From the IMG/VR virus record IMGVR_UViG_3300028914_001625, positions 1 to 64,000 of that record: a stretch of 64,000 nt of DNA; one strand, given 5' to 3'. The stretch's first letter is position 1, and each line of letters starts with the position of its first letter. Of this stretch, positions 9,494 through 18,199 are shown in pieces. The translations under genes and the position numbers were made by a program. The DNA is from a virus. Taxonomy: Duplodnaviria; Caudoviricetes. The notes beneath the pieces were generated by a model that saw only the letters and a program-made list of their open reading frames with translations, searched no databases and had not been told where the DNA came from.

Positions 9494-9821
9494 TAAGCGT
9501 GTTGACGAAGCGATGGGTCGCGTCTTCACTTTTATTGCTTTCTCCAAAGGCAAACTTATCTTTTGTATGATAGGCTGCCAGCCGGTCTCCGATGATGAGT
9601 CCACCGCCGAGATCTTCTGTCCGATCTTGAACGAAGACGAGTCTGCTTTCTTTTTCTTGCTCATACATTTCCACCATTTTCTTTATTGTTTCACGGTCAA
9701 TCTCTTGAGTAATCTCATTTTGTAAACCACCTATCAGCATCTTCTGAAGTTCCTCGGGAGAAATTTCAGACATGTCTTTTGGAGGTATGACCGTAACTTT
9801 AATCTTAAACTTTTGTTTCAT
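9456..9821 (-). CDS. Hypothetical protein
   Basis: ORF with SD. Confidence 0.55.
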   Translation of the reverse strand: MKQKFKIKVTVIPPKDMSEISPEELQKMLIGGLQNEITQEIDRETIKKMVEMYEQEKESRLVFVQDRTEDLGGGLIIGDRLAAYHTKDKFAFGESNKSEDATHRFVNTLNDYFRVGDMGRS

Positions 9822-10686
9822 ACTCCTCTGATGCTGACTTGATGTCGTGTAAGCGAGATTCCTTACACATGGTTTTATACTGTCTCATCAAAGTTTCATA
9901 TTGGTCAAGTATGTTCTGAAAATTATCTATGTTTGCTTGAGTGTGTTGCGGTGCTTCATAATCAATCTTCCATGTAAGTCCGCTTAGATTCGTGATTAAG
10001 AAACGATTTTCATCTGCCCAAGCAGGCTGTGACTTCTCATTATAAGGATACTGTTCATCATAGGCGCAGCGAGTAAACTTATTCGGATCATCGCCGACAT
10101 ATTTGCATTTCTCACTAAAAATGTATGCCTTACGCAGAGGCACATACTTCAGAAGACAGAAAATATCCTTAATCATTTCCTGGCTTTTCTTGTCAATGCA
10201 AAGTTTGAAAACAAGCCTGTCATGAATATCGGGAATATGTTCTTCTGGAAGAGCAATTCTAATCGGAACAGGCAGAGCTTTTCCAGTTTCAATGTATGTT
10301 CTATTACATGCTTGCATAGCCGTATCCACATTGTCATGATAATAGAATACATCATACCCAAGTTCTTGACAGTGATTTCCGAGAAGAGCAAGAGCGTTGA
10401 ACATAAGATTAAGTTTGATGAATGTATTCTGTCCGCCCTTAAAAAGACCATTTCTGAAAGCGTTGAGTTTATCATCCTCAATGCGTCTGACTTCATCAAT
10501 GGACAACAAGTTAAGCGTGTTGTTATGTCTTTCTTCTCTGAACATTTCTCGCGTAAAAATGTCCACTGCTTCTTGAACAAAATCCCATGAATAGTCATAG
10601 ATTTCAGCGGGCTGGTAATGCTTATTTCTAAAGTCTTCCAGATGTTCAGCAATCTTCTTCATGTCTTCAATTTTCGGCACAATCAT
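9805..10686 (-). CDS. Hypothetical protein, C-terminal-motif family member 1
   Basis: Ends RLHDIKSASEEYETKV. Confidence 0.7.
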   Translation of the reverse strand: MIVPKIEDMKKIAEHLEDFRNKHYQPAEIYDYSWDFVQEAVDIFTREMFREERHNNTLNLLSIDEVRRIEDDKLNAFRNGLFKGGQNTFIKLNLMFNALALLGNHCQELGYDVFYYHDNVDTAMQACNRTYIETGKALPVPIRIALPEEHIPDIHDRLVFKLCIDKKSQEMIKDIFCLLKYVPLRKAYIFSEKCKYVGDDPNKFTRCAYDEQYPYNEKSQPAWADENRFLITNLSGLTWKIDYEAPQHTQANIDNFQNILDQYETLMRQYKTMCKESRLHDIKSASEEYETKV

Positions 10687-11242
10687 ATTCGTTACCTGCT
10701 CTTTTAATAATAAGTTGTCTTTCTTCGTTTTTTACTTTTGCTAAAAATGCTCTAAGTTTCATCAACTTGTGATAAAGTGTGTTAAAATCATTAATGTCTT
10801 CAAGGTCACTTTTTTCAAGACTAACGCTTTTTGTCTCTGCTCGGAGCAAACGATGTTCATACCTATCAGGCGTCGTTTCCCAACTGTTGTAGTCAAAGAA
10901 CGGGTATCTGACAGTTGCCCACTTTTTGCCTCTATCATCCTCTACTATATAAGTTGACAAGAAAACATCTTCGCCTTCGTTTAAGTATGAATTAGCAATG
11001 AACACACCAGCCATTCCGACAATCTTAAGGCCAGGTGTTACATATTCAGATTCGTTTTCATACTGCAAGACAGGTCCTTCAGAAATGAAAGGTTGACCTA
11101 TCCCACTATACTGGACTCTAAGTCCATTCTCTCTGCAGAAAACTTTTAACTTAAAATAGTCAAACATAATGCATCTAGGCTGTGTATTCGTTTCCGGCAT
11201 CTTCAATTTCCTTTTGCTGCATTTCCTTTGATAGTCTAGCAA
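10667..11242 (-). CDS. Hypothetical protein, family member 2 (true start possibly 11167, MFDYF)
   Basis: Ends RQLIIKRAGNEYDCAEN. Confidence 0.7.
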   Translation of the reverse strand: MLDYQRKCSKRKLKMPETNTQPRCIMFDYFKLKVFCRENGLRVQYSGIGQPFISEGPVLQYENESEYVTPGLKIVGMAGVFIANSYLNEGEDVFLSTYIVEDDRGKKWATVRYPFFDYNSWETTPDRYEHRLLRAETKSVSLEKSDLEDINDFNTLYHKLMKLRAFLAKVKNEERQLIIKRAGNEYDCAEN

Positions 11243-11693
11243 GTGTAGGCAGCGTTACTTCCATAATGATTCTTTCTACATCTATGATATTATGTAGCTC
11301 AGAATAGCAAGACTTCATTTCAGATGTTATCAAAGTTTCATGATACCCAGGATCATTCGGATCTGTCTGTGCTTCTGTCTTTTCAACCTTCGGATAGAAA
11401 CTTGTTATCTCATAAATGTCAGTAGGTTCAAGCGTAGCAAGATCATAAGCTTTATGTTGAGACTTTCGGAATGTTCCAACGCAGTCAAGGCCGCTGTCTA
11501 AATACTTAGAATAAATCATAAGTCCAATACGACCAGTTGACTTGTCACGGTCTACGTCTAATACCAAATTACAACGTCTACATAAAGTCTCAAGTTGTTC
11601 TTTTGTTGCTTTAACTCGTCCATAAACTGAAATGTTTGGGTCATGTAAATCAGAAAGTTCATCAAGTTCAGCAATTAAACCGGCTGTGTTCAT
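11175..11693 (-). CDS. Hypothetical protein, family member 3
   Basis: Ends QQKEIEDAGNEYTA. Confidence 0.7.
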   Translation of the reverse strand: MNTAGLIAELDELSDLHDPNISVYGRVKATKEQLETLCRRCNLVLDVDRDKSTGRIGLMIYSKYLDSGLDCVGTFRKSQHKAYDLATLEPTDIYEITSFYPKVEKTEAQTDPNDPGYHETLITSEMKSCYSELHNIIDVERIIMEVTLPTLARLSKEMQQKEIEDAGNEYTA

Positions 11694-12286
11694 ACTTCAT
11701 AATCCTTACCGCAAGTCTTAATTCTGTTGACTCGCCATTCATTCTCAAGTTGCTTAAACTTTCCTATAGCTGTTGCTATGCATTTTTCAAATTCATAATC
11801 ATTTCTGATGAGAGGGTCAAAAAGAATGATCTTCTTTTCATATTGAAAGACTCTGTTGCCAGACCATGGGTCATCGGACATAAAAAGTCGGTCCATATCA
11901 TCTTCTCCAACATATCGTCCATAGAGCTTTCCCCAACTCTTAATGTCAAGGAGCTGATGATTAAGATAGTTGATTCTGTATCTTGTGTTACCACAACGAT
12001 CATACATTGGACCGTAACCAGTGTCCCACCGATTCATTCTCTTAAGGTTGAAAAATGTCTCGGAATGTAAATCTGCAAAGATCTGATTCACAGGTGTGTA
12101 AACTCCAAGATAAGCATCACCTTCTTCACCTTTAATGTCCAGTCCCCACTTTTCTGCAATCTTCTCAAGCTTCTTATAGTCAATCTCAAAGCTATCATAC
12201 TTTCTTCGGAACCGTTCACGCTGTTCATTGTAGACATTTTCGTCTTCAAAGTACTTCGGATACCTGTCTTCAGGATTTTTTGGCAT
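11690..12286 (-). CDS. Hypothetical protein, family member 4
   Basis: Ends RVNRIKTCGKDYEV. Confidence 0.7.
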   Translation of the reverse strand: MPKNPEDRYPKYFEDENVYNEQRERFRRKYDSFEIDYKKLEKIAEKWGLDIKGEEGDAYLGVYTPVNQIFADLHSETFFNLKRMNRWDTGYGPMYDRCGNTRYRINYLNHQLLDIKSWGKLYGRYVGEDDMDRLFMSDDPWSGNRVFQYEKKIILFDPLIRNDYEFEKCIATAIGKFKQLENEWRVNRIKTCGKDYEV

Positions 12287-12322
12287 AGTTAGAACCTAAG
12301 TTTAGCAGTGGTTATATAGACA

Positions 12323-12358
12323 AATATAACAAAAAATGGAGGGCTTGTAAACCCTCCA
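12323..12358 (-). promoter_or_regulatory. sigma70-type promoter TTTACA-N17-TATATT with the -35 inside a hairpin (terminator/promoter overlap)
   Basis: Minus strand: tggaggg-TTTACAag-ccctcca-ttttttgt-TATATT. Confidence 0.75.
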
Positions 12359-12383
12359 CAGACGAAAATTTCAAGAAAACTTT

Positions 12384-12743
12384 CTAAACCTCAAAATCAG
12401 CAGAAGCGTTCTTAATTTCATCACGCTTATTTTCAACGCCTATTTCCTTAAGACGGCGAAGCGTGTAAAAAATTGCTTTCTTACATTCTTCAGTCGTCTG
12501 AATGTCATGCAAAGCCATGTTGTCAAAGTATGTAAGCGAGTTAATGAAGCTCAGGTTGAAAACATCGCTTTTCTGATTAGTTTCTTGAAAGATAGCGATA
12601 ATTTCGTCCCCATTATAGAGTTTCAAGTCCCATAAGAATACCCAGGCATTCGCTCCAAAGTCTGCATGCATGCCTTTATGTTTCTTAATAGTCAAGCCAG
12701 TTTCTTCAGCGATAGTTTCTACTTGTTCTCTGCTGCACTGCAT
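12384..12743 (-). CDS. Hypothetical protein, family member 5
   Basis: Ends KRDEIKNASADFEV. Confidence 0.7.
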   Translation of the reverse strand: MQCSREQVETIAEETGLTIKKHKGMHADFGANAWVFLWDLKLYNGDEIIAIFQETNQKSDVFNLSFINSLTYFDNMALHDIQTTEECKKAIFYTLRRLKEIGVENKRDEIKNASADFEV

Positions 12744-12814
12744 CTTTTAGCTCCTGTTTTTAGTGGGTTTCCATGAATTCTAAGCCTTCTAAATCGGCTC
12801 GCTATACAGTTATA

Positions 12815-12844
12815 TTATCGCTTTAAATAAGAGATTTTGTCAAT
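12815..12844 (-). promoter_or_regulatory. sigma70-type promoter TTGACA-N18-GATAAT
   Basis: Minus strand: accaTTGACAaaatctcttatttaaagcGATAATata. Confidence 0.5.
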
Positions 12845-12874
12845 GGTTTTGACGAAAATCTTTCCAAAAAGAAA

Positions 12875-12898
12875 AACAGGAGAATTTCTCCTCCTGTT
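12875..12898 (-). terminator. Intrinsic terminator after hsp20
   Basis: 8-bp aacaggag/ctcctgtt stem, T-run on the minus strand. Confidence 0.65.
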
Positions 12899-12928
12899 AA
12901 TGATTTTTCCGAAAAATCAGAGAACTAA

Positions 12929-13486
12929 CTATTCAATAGTCAATTCTACCGGTGTTTCTTCTGGCTTCTTCGGGATACGAATGGTAAGAAGACCATTCTC
13001 GACCTTCGGCTTAGCGTTCTTGAGATCATAAATGTTCTCAACCGGCACAGAGAAAGTCATTGAAGTCATTCCCTTGATGCGAACGATTCCCTTACGACGA
13101 GCTTCTGCATACTCCTTGTCGGCGTCTACAGGTGCCTTAACTTCAATGCGAAGCAAGGTAGCGTCTGGAAGAACCTTGTTAGCAGTCAGATAACGGAAAG
13201 CAGCGGTGTTCTTCTGAAGAGTACCACCAACCTTCACAGAAACATTTTCCTTAGTCTTACCCGGGACAGCTACTTCTACGATCTTATCGCCATTCTTATC
13301 AACGAAGATGTTGCATGGGACTGTGTTAAGATCCATTTCGAGAGCTTCCTTTTCCGCCTTAACCGCTGCGGCCACATCAGGTGCCAAACGGTTAACTGTG
13401 TCACGGACGAGCGGTGCCACTTCTTCAATGTTAGCACGGAAAGCGTCTGCTAATGTAGAAAACAACTGTTCATTCTGATTATCCAT
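12929..13486 (-). CDS. hsp20: Small heat-shock protein (Hsp20/alpha-crystallin)
   Basis: NIFVDKNGDKIVEVAVPGKTKENVSVKV and AKPKVENGLLTIRIPK (alpha-crystallin signature); SD taaggag before MDNQ at 13486. Confidence 0.8.
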   Translation of the reverse strand: MDNQNEQLFSTLADAFRANIEEVAPLVRDTVNRLAPDVAAAVKAEKEALEMDLNTVPCNIFVDKNGDKIVEVAVPGKTKENVSVKVGGTLQKNTAAFRYLTANKVLPDATLLRIEVKAPVDADKEYAEARRKGIVRIKGMTSMTFSVPVENIYDLKNAKPKVENGLLTIRIPKKPEETPVELTIE

Positions 13487-13565
13487 ATCTTTACTCCTTA
13501 GGACCATTTCGTGTCCTAACGCTTCATCATTTAAATCTTTGTGCCTGGTAATTCATAACACAAAG

Positions 13566-13606
13566 CGGCTAGATGGCGAAGCAATCCATCTAGCCAACTA
13601 TTTATT
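13566..13606 (-). terminator. Hairpin after the DUF2828 gene, preceded by a late-promoter-like AATAAATA
   Basis: 10-bp ggctagatgg/ccatctagcc stem; AATAAATA at 13599-13606. Confidence 0.55.
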
Positions 13607-13608
13607 TC

Positions 13609-15099
13609 TTACTTAATTGTGATCGGAGCGTAACGGTCACCGAGCAAGACCTTCTTCAAAGCCTCAAACGGTCCCTTAGCGTCATTCATCACAATCTCGA
13701 TGGCGTTCTGGCTGAAGCCAGATACCAACTTGACACCAGACGGGTTAGTCTGCATAGGCACAGTATTTGTGCGTCCGCAAACGTTCCAGAATGTGATGCC
13801 AGGAAGTGTGTAGCCTGCGTTCTTCCAGTCCTGAGCGATCTTACCAAACAAAGTCTGGCTAGGACGATGTGTAGTAGCGCAGTCAAACTCCATGTCGGAG
13901 ATAATCAAGACCTCAGGGATTTCCTTCTGGTCAAGATGTGCATGACGGGCAGTCTGGAGAAGGAGGTCAAACACCTTCTCGATGTTTGTGTTAGAAATGT
14001 CTGCTTCTTGAACTGCACGGACAATCTTGTCACGCAAAGTTGTCAAGTTAGACAAGTCTACATACTTCGGCGAAGAAGAGAATGTAATGAACTTGTCCTT
14101 ATACTCCGGAGAGCAATGCTCAGAGAAGTAAATGGCAAGTGCAGTAGCGATGTCAAGCGGAGTTGCATTTGTTCCGCTGATTCCGCGGTCCATAGAGCCT
14201 GAACCGTCACGAACAACGATGACCGGCTTAGCCGATGCATCTCGTGCTGGAAGACCCTTCCACATACCCTCAAGAGCTGCGTCTACAGGACCGTTCTTAT
14301 TACCCCAACGAGTAAGACCATAAGAAGCGATAATGTCATGCGGGAAGCATGCAGCGGAATGAATCTTTGCCTCGCCCTTGACCAACTTGCCCAAGAACTC
14401 ACGACGACGAGTTTCGTCATTGCGGAGGAAGGCGTTCTTATACTTGAGGTTAGCCTTTGACGGCACCTTCTCATAGTCAATGTCACCCCACTCCTTCGCA
14501 CAGATCTTCTGCTCGATGACACCGATGTACTTACGAAGTCCAGAGAGCATCTTACGGTACTCTGCTGGAGAGATCTTCATAGCCTTGATGTACTTCAAGG
14601 CAAGCTGGCGAGCAGCCTTAGAAGAGGTGTTCACAGAAGGAAGCCACTTGGCAAGCAAGGATACTGACTTTCCTGCCTTCATGTTGTTGATGTCTTCCAA
14701 AAGAGTCTTCTGGACATAAGTCAACATTTCCTGCTCAGCTGTAGTACCGAACAACTCTGACAAGATGTCAAAGCGAGAGTACACACCGATCTGCGGAATG
14801 AGATGCGGGAAAAGTGGAATGACATGCTTGACCAAAGTTCGGAAAAGACGACGCTCGCCGAGACCTTCTCTTACGTCACCTGCATAGAACATCCACTTTG
14901 TAGCGAGTTCCGGGTTCTCAGAGAATGCCTTCAAGAAGTCATTCACAATTTCATTTTCTGGCTTTGTTCGGTAACCTGTTACCTTCCAGTTCATATCAAC
15001 GAGAGCCGATCCTGAGGTCTCAAAACCGACTGCGCCATTCTCTGTGCGCTTTGTTGCCTTATCAAGTTCTGCCTTAAGCTTATCGTAAAAGCCTGCCAT
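13609..15099 (-). CDS. DUF2828 family protein (TROVE/Ro60-like domain plus vWA/MIDAS)
   Basis: RTENGA, DVREGLGERRLFR, SLLAKWLPS, YEKVPSKA, VVRDGSGSM (DxSxS MIDAS), IISDMEFD, FWNV. Confidence 0.8.
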   Translation of the reverse strand: MAGFYDKLKAELDKATKRTENGAVGFETSGSALVDMNWKVTGYRTKPENEIVNDFLKAFSENPELATKWMFYAGDVREGLGERRLFRTLVKHVIPLFPHLIPQIGVYSRFDILSELFGTTAEQEMLTYVQKTLLEDINNMKAGKSVSLLAKWLPSVNTSSKAARQLALKYIKAMKISPAEYRKMLSGLRKYIGVIEQKICAKEWGDIDYEKVPSKANLKYKNAFLRNDETRRREFLGKLVKGEAKIHSAACFPHDIIASYGLTRWGNKNGPVDAALEGMWKGLPARDASAKPVIVVRDGSGSMDRGISGTNATPLDIATALAIYFSEHCSPEYKDKFITFSSSPKYVDLSNLTTLRDKIVRAVQEADISNTNIEKVFDLLLQTARHAHLDQKEIPEVLIISDMEFDCATTHRPSQTLFGKIAQDWKNAGYTLPGITFWNVCGRTNTVPMQTNPSGVKLVSGFSQNAIEIVMNDAKGPFEALKKVLLGDRYAPITIK

Positions 15100-15188
15100 A
15101 ATGTTTCTCCTTTCTAGATTCTTTTGTGTGCTTTGCTGTGCGAATCTAATTAAACAGCGGTTGTTTGTTTCAATTTTTAACTGAGTAA

Positions 15189-15225
15189 AATATAAAAAAG
15201 ATTTGGGGTATTGGCAACCCCAAAT
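15189..15225 (-). promoter_or_regulatory. sigma70-type promoter TTGCCA-N17-TATATT with the -35 inside a 9-bp hairpin
   Basis: Minus strand: atttgggg-TTGCCA-ataccccaaat-cttttt-TATATT. Confidence 0.75.
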
Positions 15226-15298
15226 TTTTGAATTCTTTCCTTATCAGTTAAGGTATATATTTTCAAGAAAAGATAAAAACTTCATATATACCTACATC

Positions 15299-16063
15299 CT
15301 ATTCTTCCGGAGGCAACTGCTCAAGAAGAGGAACGAATGTATCGTTCATCGGTGGAATGTATGCCGGCAGACGTAGATAGTCAAGTTTGAAACGATTTCT
15401 CTTGAACATATCCATGATCTTATTGTAATGCGGTCCCTGCTTGCCTTCACGAATAAGTTCATTTACTTCGTGATAAGTAAAGCCGAGTTTCTGTTCATCA
15501 GAAAGATCCTGAAGACCATCAACCGGAGTCTTATGCGTGAGATCATAAGGGAGACCAAGTTCGTCACCCACTGCAACAACTTCTTCTGTCGTCAAGCGAG
15601 CAATAGGCATGATGGAAGTGAAGTTGTCTCCACCCCAAGTTGCATAGCCTACAATGTCTTCGCTTCGGTTACAAGTACCGATGACGAATGCCTTCTTCAT
15701 GCCTTGAGCAATGCAGTGCAGCGAAGCCATGCGAAGACGGGCAGGAAGGTTTGTGCGAGAATCATATGTTGCGAACGGAACCTGTCCAATAATGGACTCA
15801 AAGGCGCCTTCAATGTTAAGGGTCATGCGAGGAATCTGCAAGTGGTCGCATACACGCATCGAGTCGCTGATATCCTTCTGAACGCCGTTGGGCAGCATGA
15901 CACCAAGAACATTCTCTTTTCCGAATGCCTTGACGCAAAGAGCAGCGACTACCGAAGAGTCCTTACCGCCGGAGATGCCGACGACTGCCTTTTCAAAGCC
16001 CTTAATTTCCTGCTGACGCTTAAGCCATGCGACAAGTGCTTCTGCCAAATCTTTCGGTTCCAT
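15299..16063 (-). CDS. nadE: NH3-dependent NAD+ synthetase
   Basis: VVGISGGKDSSVVAAL, NLPARLRM, GTCNRSE..VGYATWGGD, KTPVDGL..SDEQKLG; 254 aa with no glutaminase domain. Confidence 0.92.
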   Translation of the reverse strand: MEPKDLAEALVAWLKRQQEIKGFEKAVVGISGGKDSSVVAALCVKAFGKENVLGVMLPNGVQKDISDSMRVCDHLQIPRMTLNIEGAFESIIGQVPFATYDSRTNLPARLRMASLHCIAQGMKKAFVIGTCNRSEDIVGYATWGGDNFTSIMPIARLTTEEVVAVGDELGLPYDLTHKTPVDGLQDLSDEQKLGFTYHEVNELIREGKQGPHYNKIMDMFKRNRFKLDYLRLPAYIPPMNDTFVPLLEQLPPEE

Positions 16064-16064
16064 C

Positions 16065-16652
16065 TTAACGCTCCACAGTAATCTGGTTCATTGCCATAAC
16101 GGTGAGAGCTGCTTCATGCGATTCCGGAGTGATGCCGGCGCAGCAGTTTTCAACGACCGTAATCTTCATGTTCGGGAAAAGCGAACGAAGAATGAGAGCG
16201 TTCGAGATCACACAGATGTCAGTGCAGAAACCGAACAATTCAATTTCATCAAACTTGAACTGCTTAAGGTATTCCTTCCAACCGTCCCAACCGAATGTAT
16301 ACTTGTCAATGCAGAAGAACTTAGTCGGACCGTTCATTCCGTTCTTTGCCTGACATGCCTTAAGCAAAGTCGGATGGATTTCCCAGCCTTCAGTTAGCTT
16401 AATGCAATGAGCAGGAAGACCAGCGAACTTGTGTTCGTAAGAATCTTCATAAGCAATTCCTTCCTGAGGAGGCCAGTTGCTTTCAACTTGAACCTTATTG
16501 AAGTGTGTGTCATGAGTAGCGATGAGGTCGCCGTCATGAGCGTTAATGCGGGCAACAAGGTTAGGAAGACGCTTCTGTGCTTCGGGGTTAGCGAGAGCGC
16601 CGTCAATAAAATCCTTCTGGCCGTCAATCAAAATCTGGAGCTTCTTAGCCAT
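16065..16652 (-). CDS. pncA: Nicotinamidase (isochorismatase family)
   Basis: IDGQKDFIDGAL, THDTH, PAHCI..TEGW, K.TFG, GFCTDICVISNA (catalytic Cys). Confidence 0.88.
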   Translation of the reverse strand: MAKKLQILIDGQKDFIDGALANPEAQKRLPNLVARINAHDGDLIATHDTHFNKVQVESNWPPQEGIAYEDSYEHKFAGLPAHCIKLTEGWEIHPTLLKACQAKNGMNGPTKFFCIDKYTFGWDGWKEYLKQFKFDEIELFGFCTDICVISNALILRSLFPNMKITVVENCCAGITPESHEAALTVMAMNQITVER

Positions 16653-16654
16653 TT

Positions 16655-16993
16655 TTATTTCTTCCTTTTTACATTTTTGTCTTTTTGAATTTCAATCGTA
16701 ATGTCTCGTCCGTAGATGTCAACAAGTTTTCCATCATAGGTATAGATGCGGATAAACTTTGTGCCATCTTGAGTAGTCAGCCACTTATATGTCTTGAAGT
16801 TCTCGACTTGCTGTTCATAACAGACGCCGTTCCTGCAGACATTAAGCGACTTGTTTTCAGCGGGAATCTTCGGGCATAGAACAAGAACGAGAAGTATTAC
16901 GGCTGCTGCAATAATAATCGCAACATGAAATGCGCGGTTTGCTTCCTTCTCGCCGAATTCTTTACTCATGTTCAACTCTCCACTTAATAGCAC
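16655..16993 (-). CDS. Membrane-anchored hypothetical protein between pncB and pncA
   Basis: TM helix VAIIIAAAVILLVLVLC. Confidence 0.6.
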   Translation of the reverse strand: MLLSGELNMSKEFGEKEANRAFHVAIIIAAAVILLVLVLCPKIPAENKSLNVCRNGVCYEQQVENFKTYKWLTTQDGTKFIRIYTYDGKLVDIYGRDITIEIQKDKNVKRKK

Positions 16994-18185
16994 GCTTCAA
17001 GTATTCGTGATATTCTTCGCTCTTACCCATAAACTTACCGTCATCGTCCGATACCTTACATACCGGGATTCCGTTGACTTCTGTCAACTTGATGACCTGA
17101 TTCATCGGCTTGAACCAACCCGTATCGTTAAGCAGCCAAGTACCGATACCAAAGGCGACATTGCAGCGGAGGCTGAAGCGCTGGTAGATAACTTCTGCTT
17201 TTTCAAAGTTCAACGAGTCAGAGAACAAGAGGGTCTTTTCCTGAGTCTTGATACCGAGAGCCATGTAGTGAGCAAGCATCTTCTCGCCCCAAGCAATCGG
17301 GTCTGCCGAGTCATGTCTGACACCACCAAAGACCTTTGCGACAGGTGCCTTGAAGTCCTTCAAGAAGCAGTCAGTCGTGACGCAGTCGGTAAGATAGATA
17401 CCGTTCTTGTCGCCATATTCCTTAATCCAATGCTTCATCATGTACATGTTGGAATATGCCGGGTTATGCTGCGGAAGACCCTGACCTACAAGTTCAATCG
17501 CTTCGTGAGCCATAGTTCCAATCGGCTTGGTGCCGAACAAGAACGAGAAGTAAACATTGGAAGTACCAACAAACTTCGTTCCCTTGAACTGGAACTGACT
17601 GATGTAACGGAGAGCCCATTCTTGGAACTCCTTACAGAAACGACGACGAGTACCAAATTCCGAGAAAGCACCGATCTTGATTTCACCCTTGATGAGTTTC
17701 TCAACCTTGGCGATGAAGCGCTTCTTAGCGTCTTCAATGATCTGCTTCTGTTCTTCCGGAGTGTAGGTCATACGGAACCAAACTTCCGAAACGATGGACA
17801 TCACCGGAACTTCGTGATAAGAAACGTCAACATTGTAGCCACGGAAATGGATTTCCGGCTGTTGAATCTTTTCGTCAAAGACGCAAGTGATTTCATCACG
17901 GTCAATTGTGTAACGCTGAAGGAAGCGAACGTAGTCGTCCTTCATGTGGTCAATCTTCTTGAAGTTAGAAAGTTCCCACTGTGTATAACGGAGTTTGGAA
18001 TAAAGGTCAATCTGATAGTTGATTTCGTCAATCATTTCCTTAGTGAAATGACGTTCTGGGTCGCGGTTCTTGTAAGTCCACTCGACCTTCATATCGTGGA
18101 ACTGATGCACGAACATCTGACCCATTGTGTACTTGTAGTAGTCATTGTCCGTGAGATGTGTAATGATCTGCGGTAAATGTGCCAT
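16962..18185 (-). CDS. pncB: Nicotinate phosphoribosyltransferase
   Basis: TDNDYYKYTM, SEFGTRRRF, GTSNV, PIGTMAHE, GVRHDSADP, LFSDSL, FGIGT, KVSDDDGK: E. coli-type PncB motifs. Confidence 0.92.
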   Translation of the reverse strand: MAHLPQIITHLTDNDYYKYTMGQMFVHQFHDMKVEWTYKNRDPERHFTKEMIDEINYQIDLYSKLRYTQWELSNFKKIDHMKDDYVRFLQRYTIDRDEITCVFDEKIQQPEIHFRGYNVDVSYHEVPVMSIVSEVWFRMTYTPEEQKQIIEDAKKRFIAKVEKLIKGEIKIGAFSEFGTRRRFCKEFQEWALRYISQFQFKGTKFVGTSNVYFSFLFGTKPIGTMAHEAIELVGQGLPQHNPAYSNMYMMKHWIKEYGDKNGIYLTDCVTTDCFLKDFKAPVAKVFGGVRHDSADPIAWGEKMLAHYMALGIKTQEKTLLFSDSLNFEKAEVIYQRFSLRCNVAFGIGTWLLNDTGWFKPMNQVIKLTEVNGIPVCKVSDDDGKFMGKSEEYHEYLKRAIKWRVEHE

Positions 18186-18199
18186 TTTGTGTTTCCTTT

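Noticed and set aside
16968-18176. 402-aa plus-strand ORF; similar long antisense ORFs at 15428-16081, 23261-24346, 26008-27294 and 32617-33426
   Set aside because: They mirror well-supported minus-strand genes and have no motifs or SD. They are best explained by codon bias in highly expressed genes, which removes antisense stops.
16962-18185. Possible Nampt/NadV, which would make this NARP2
   Set aside because: Motifs (YKYTM, EFGTRRRF, GTMAHE, RHDSADP, FSDSL) are PncB-type, and adjacent pncA and nadE only make sense for the nicotinate route.
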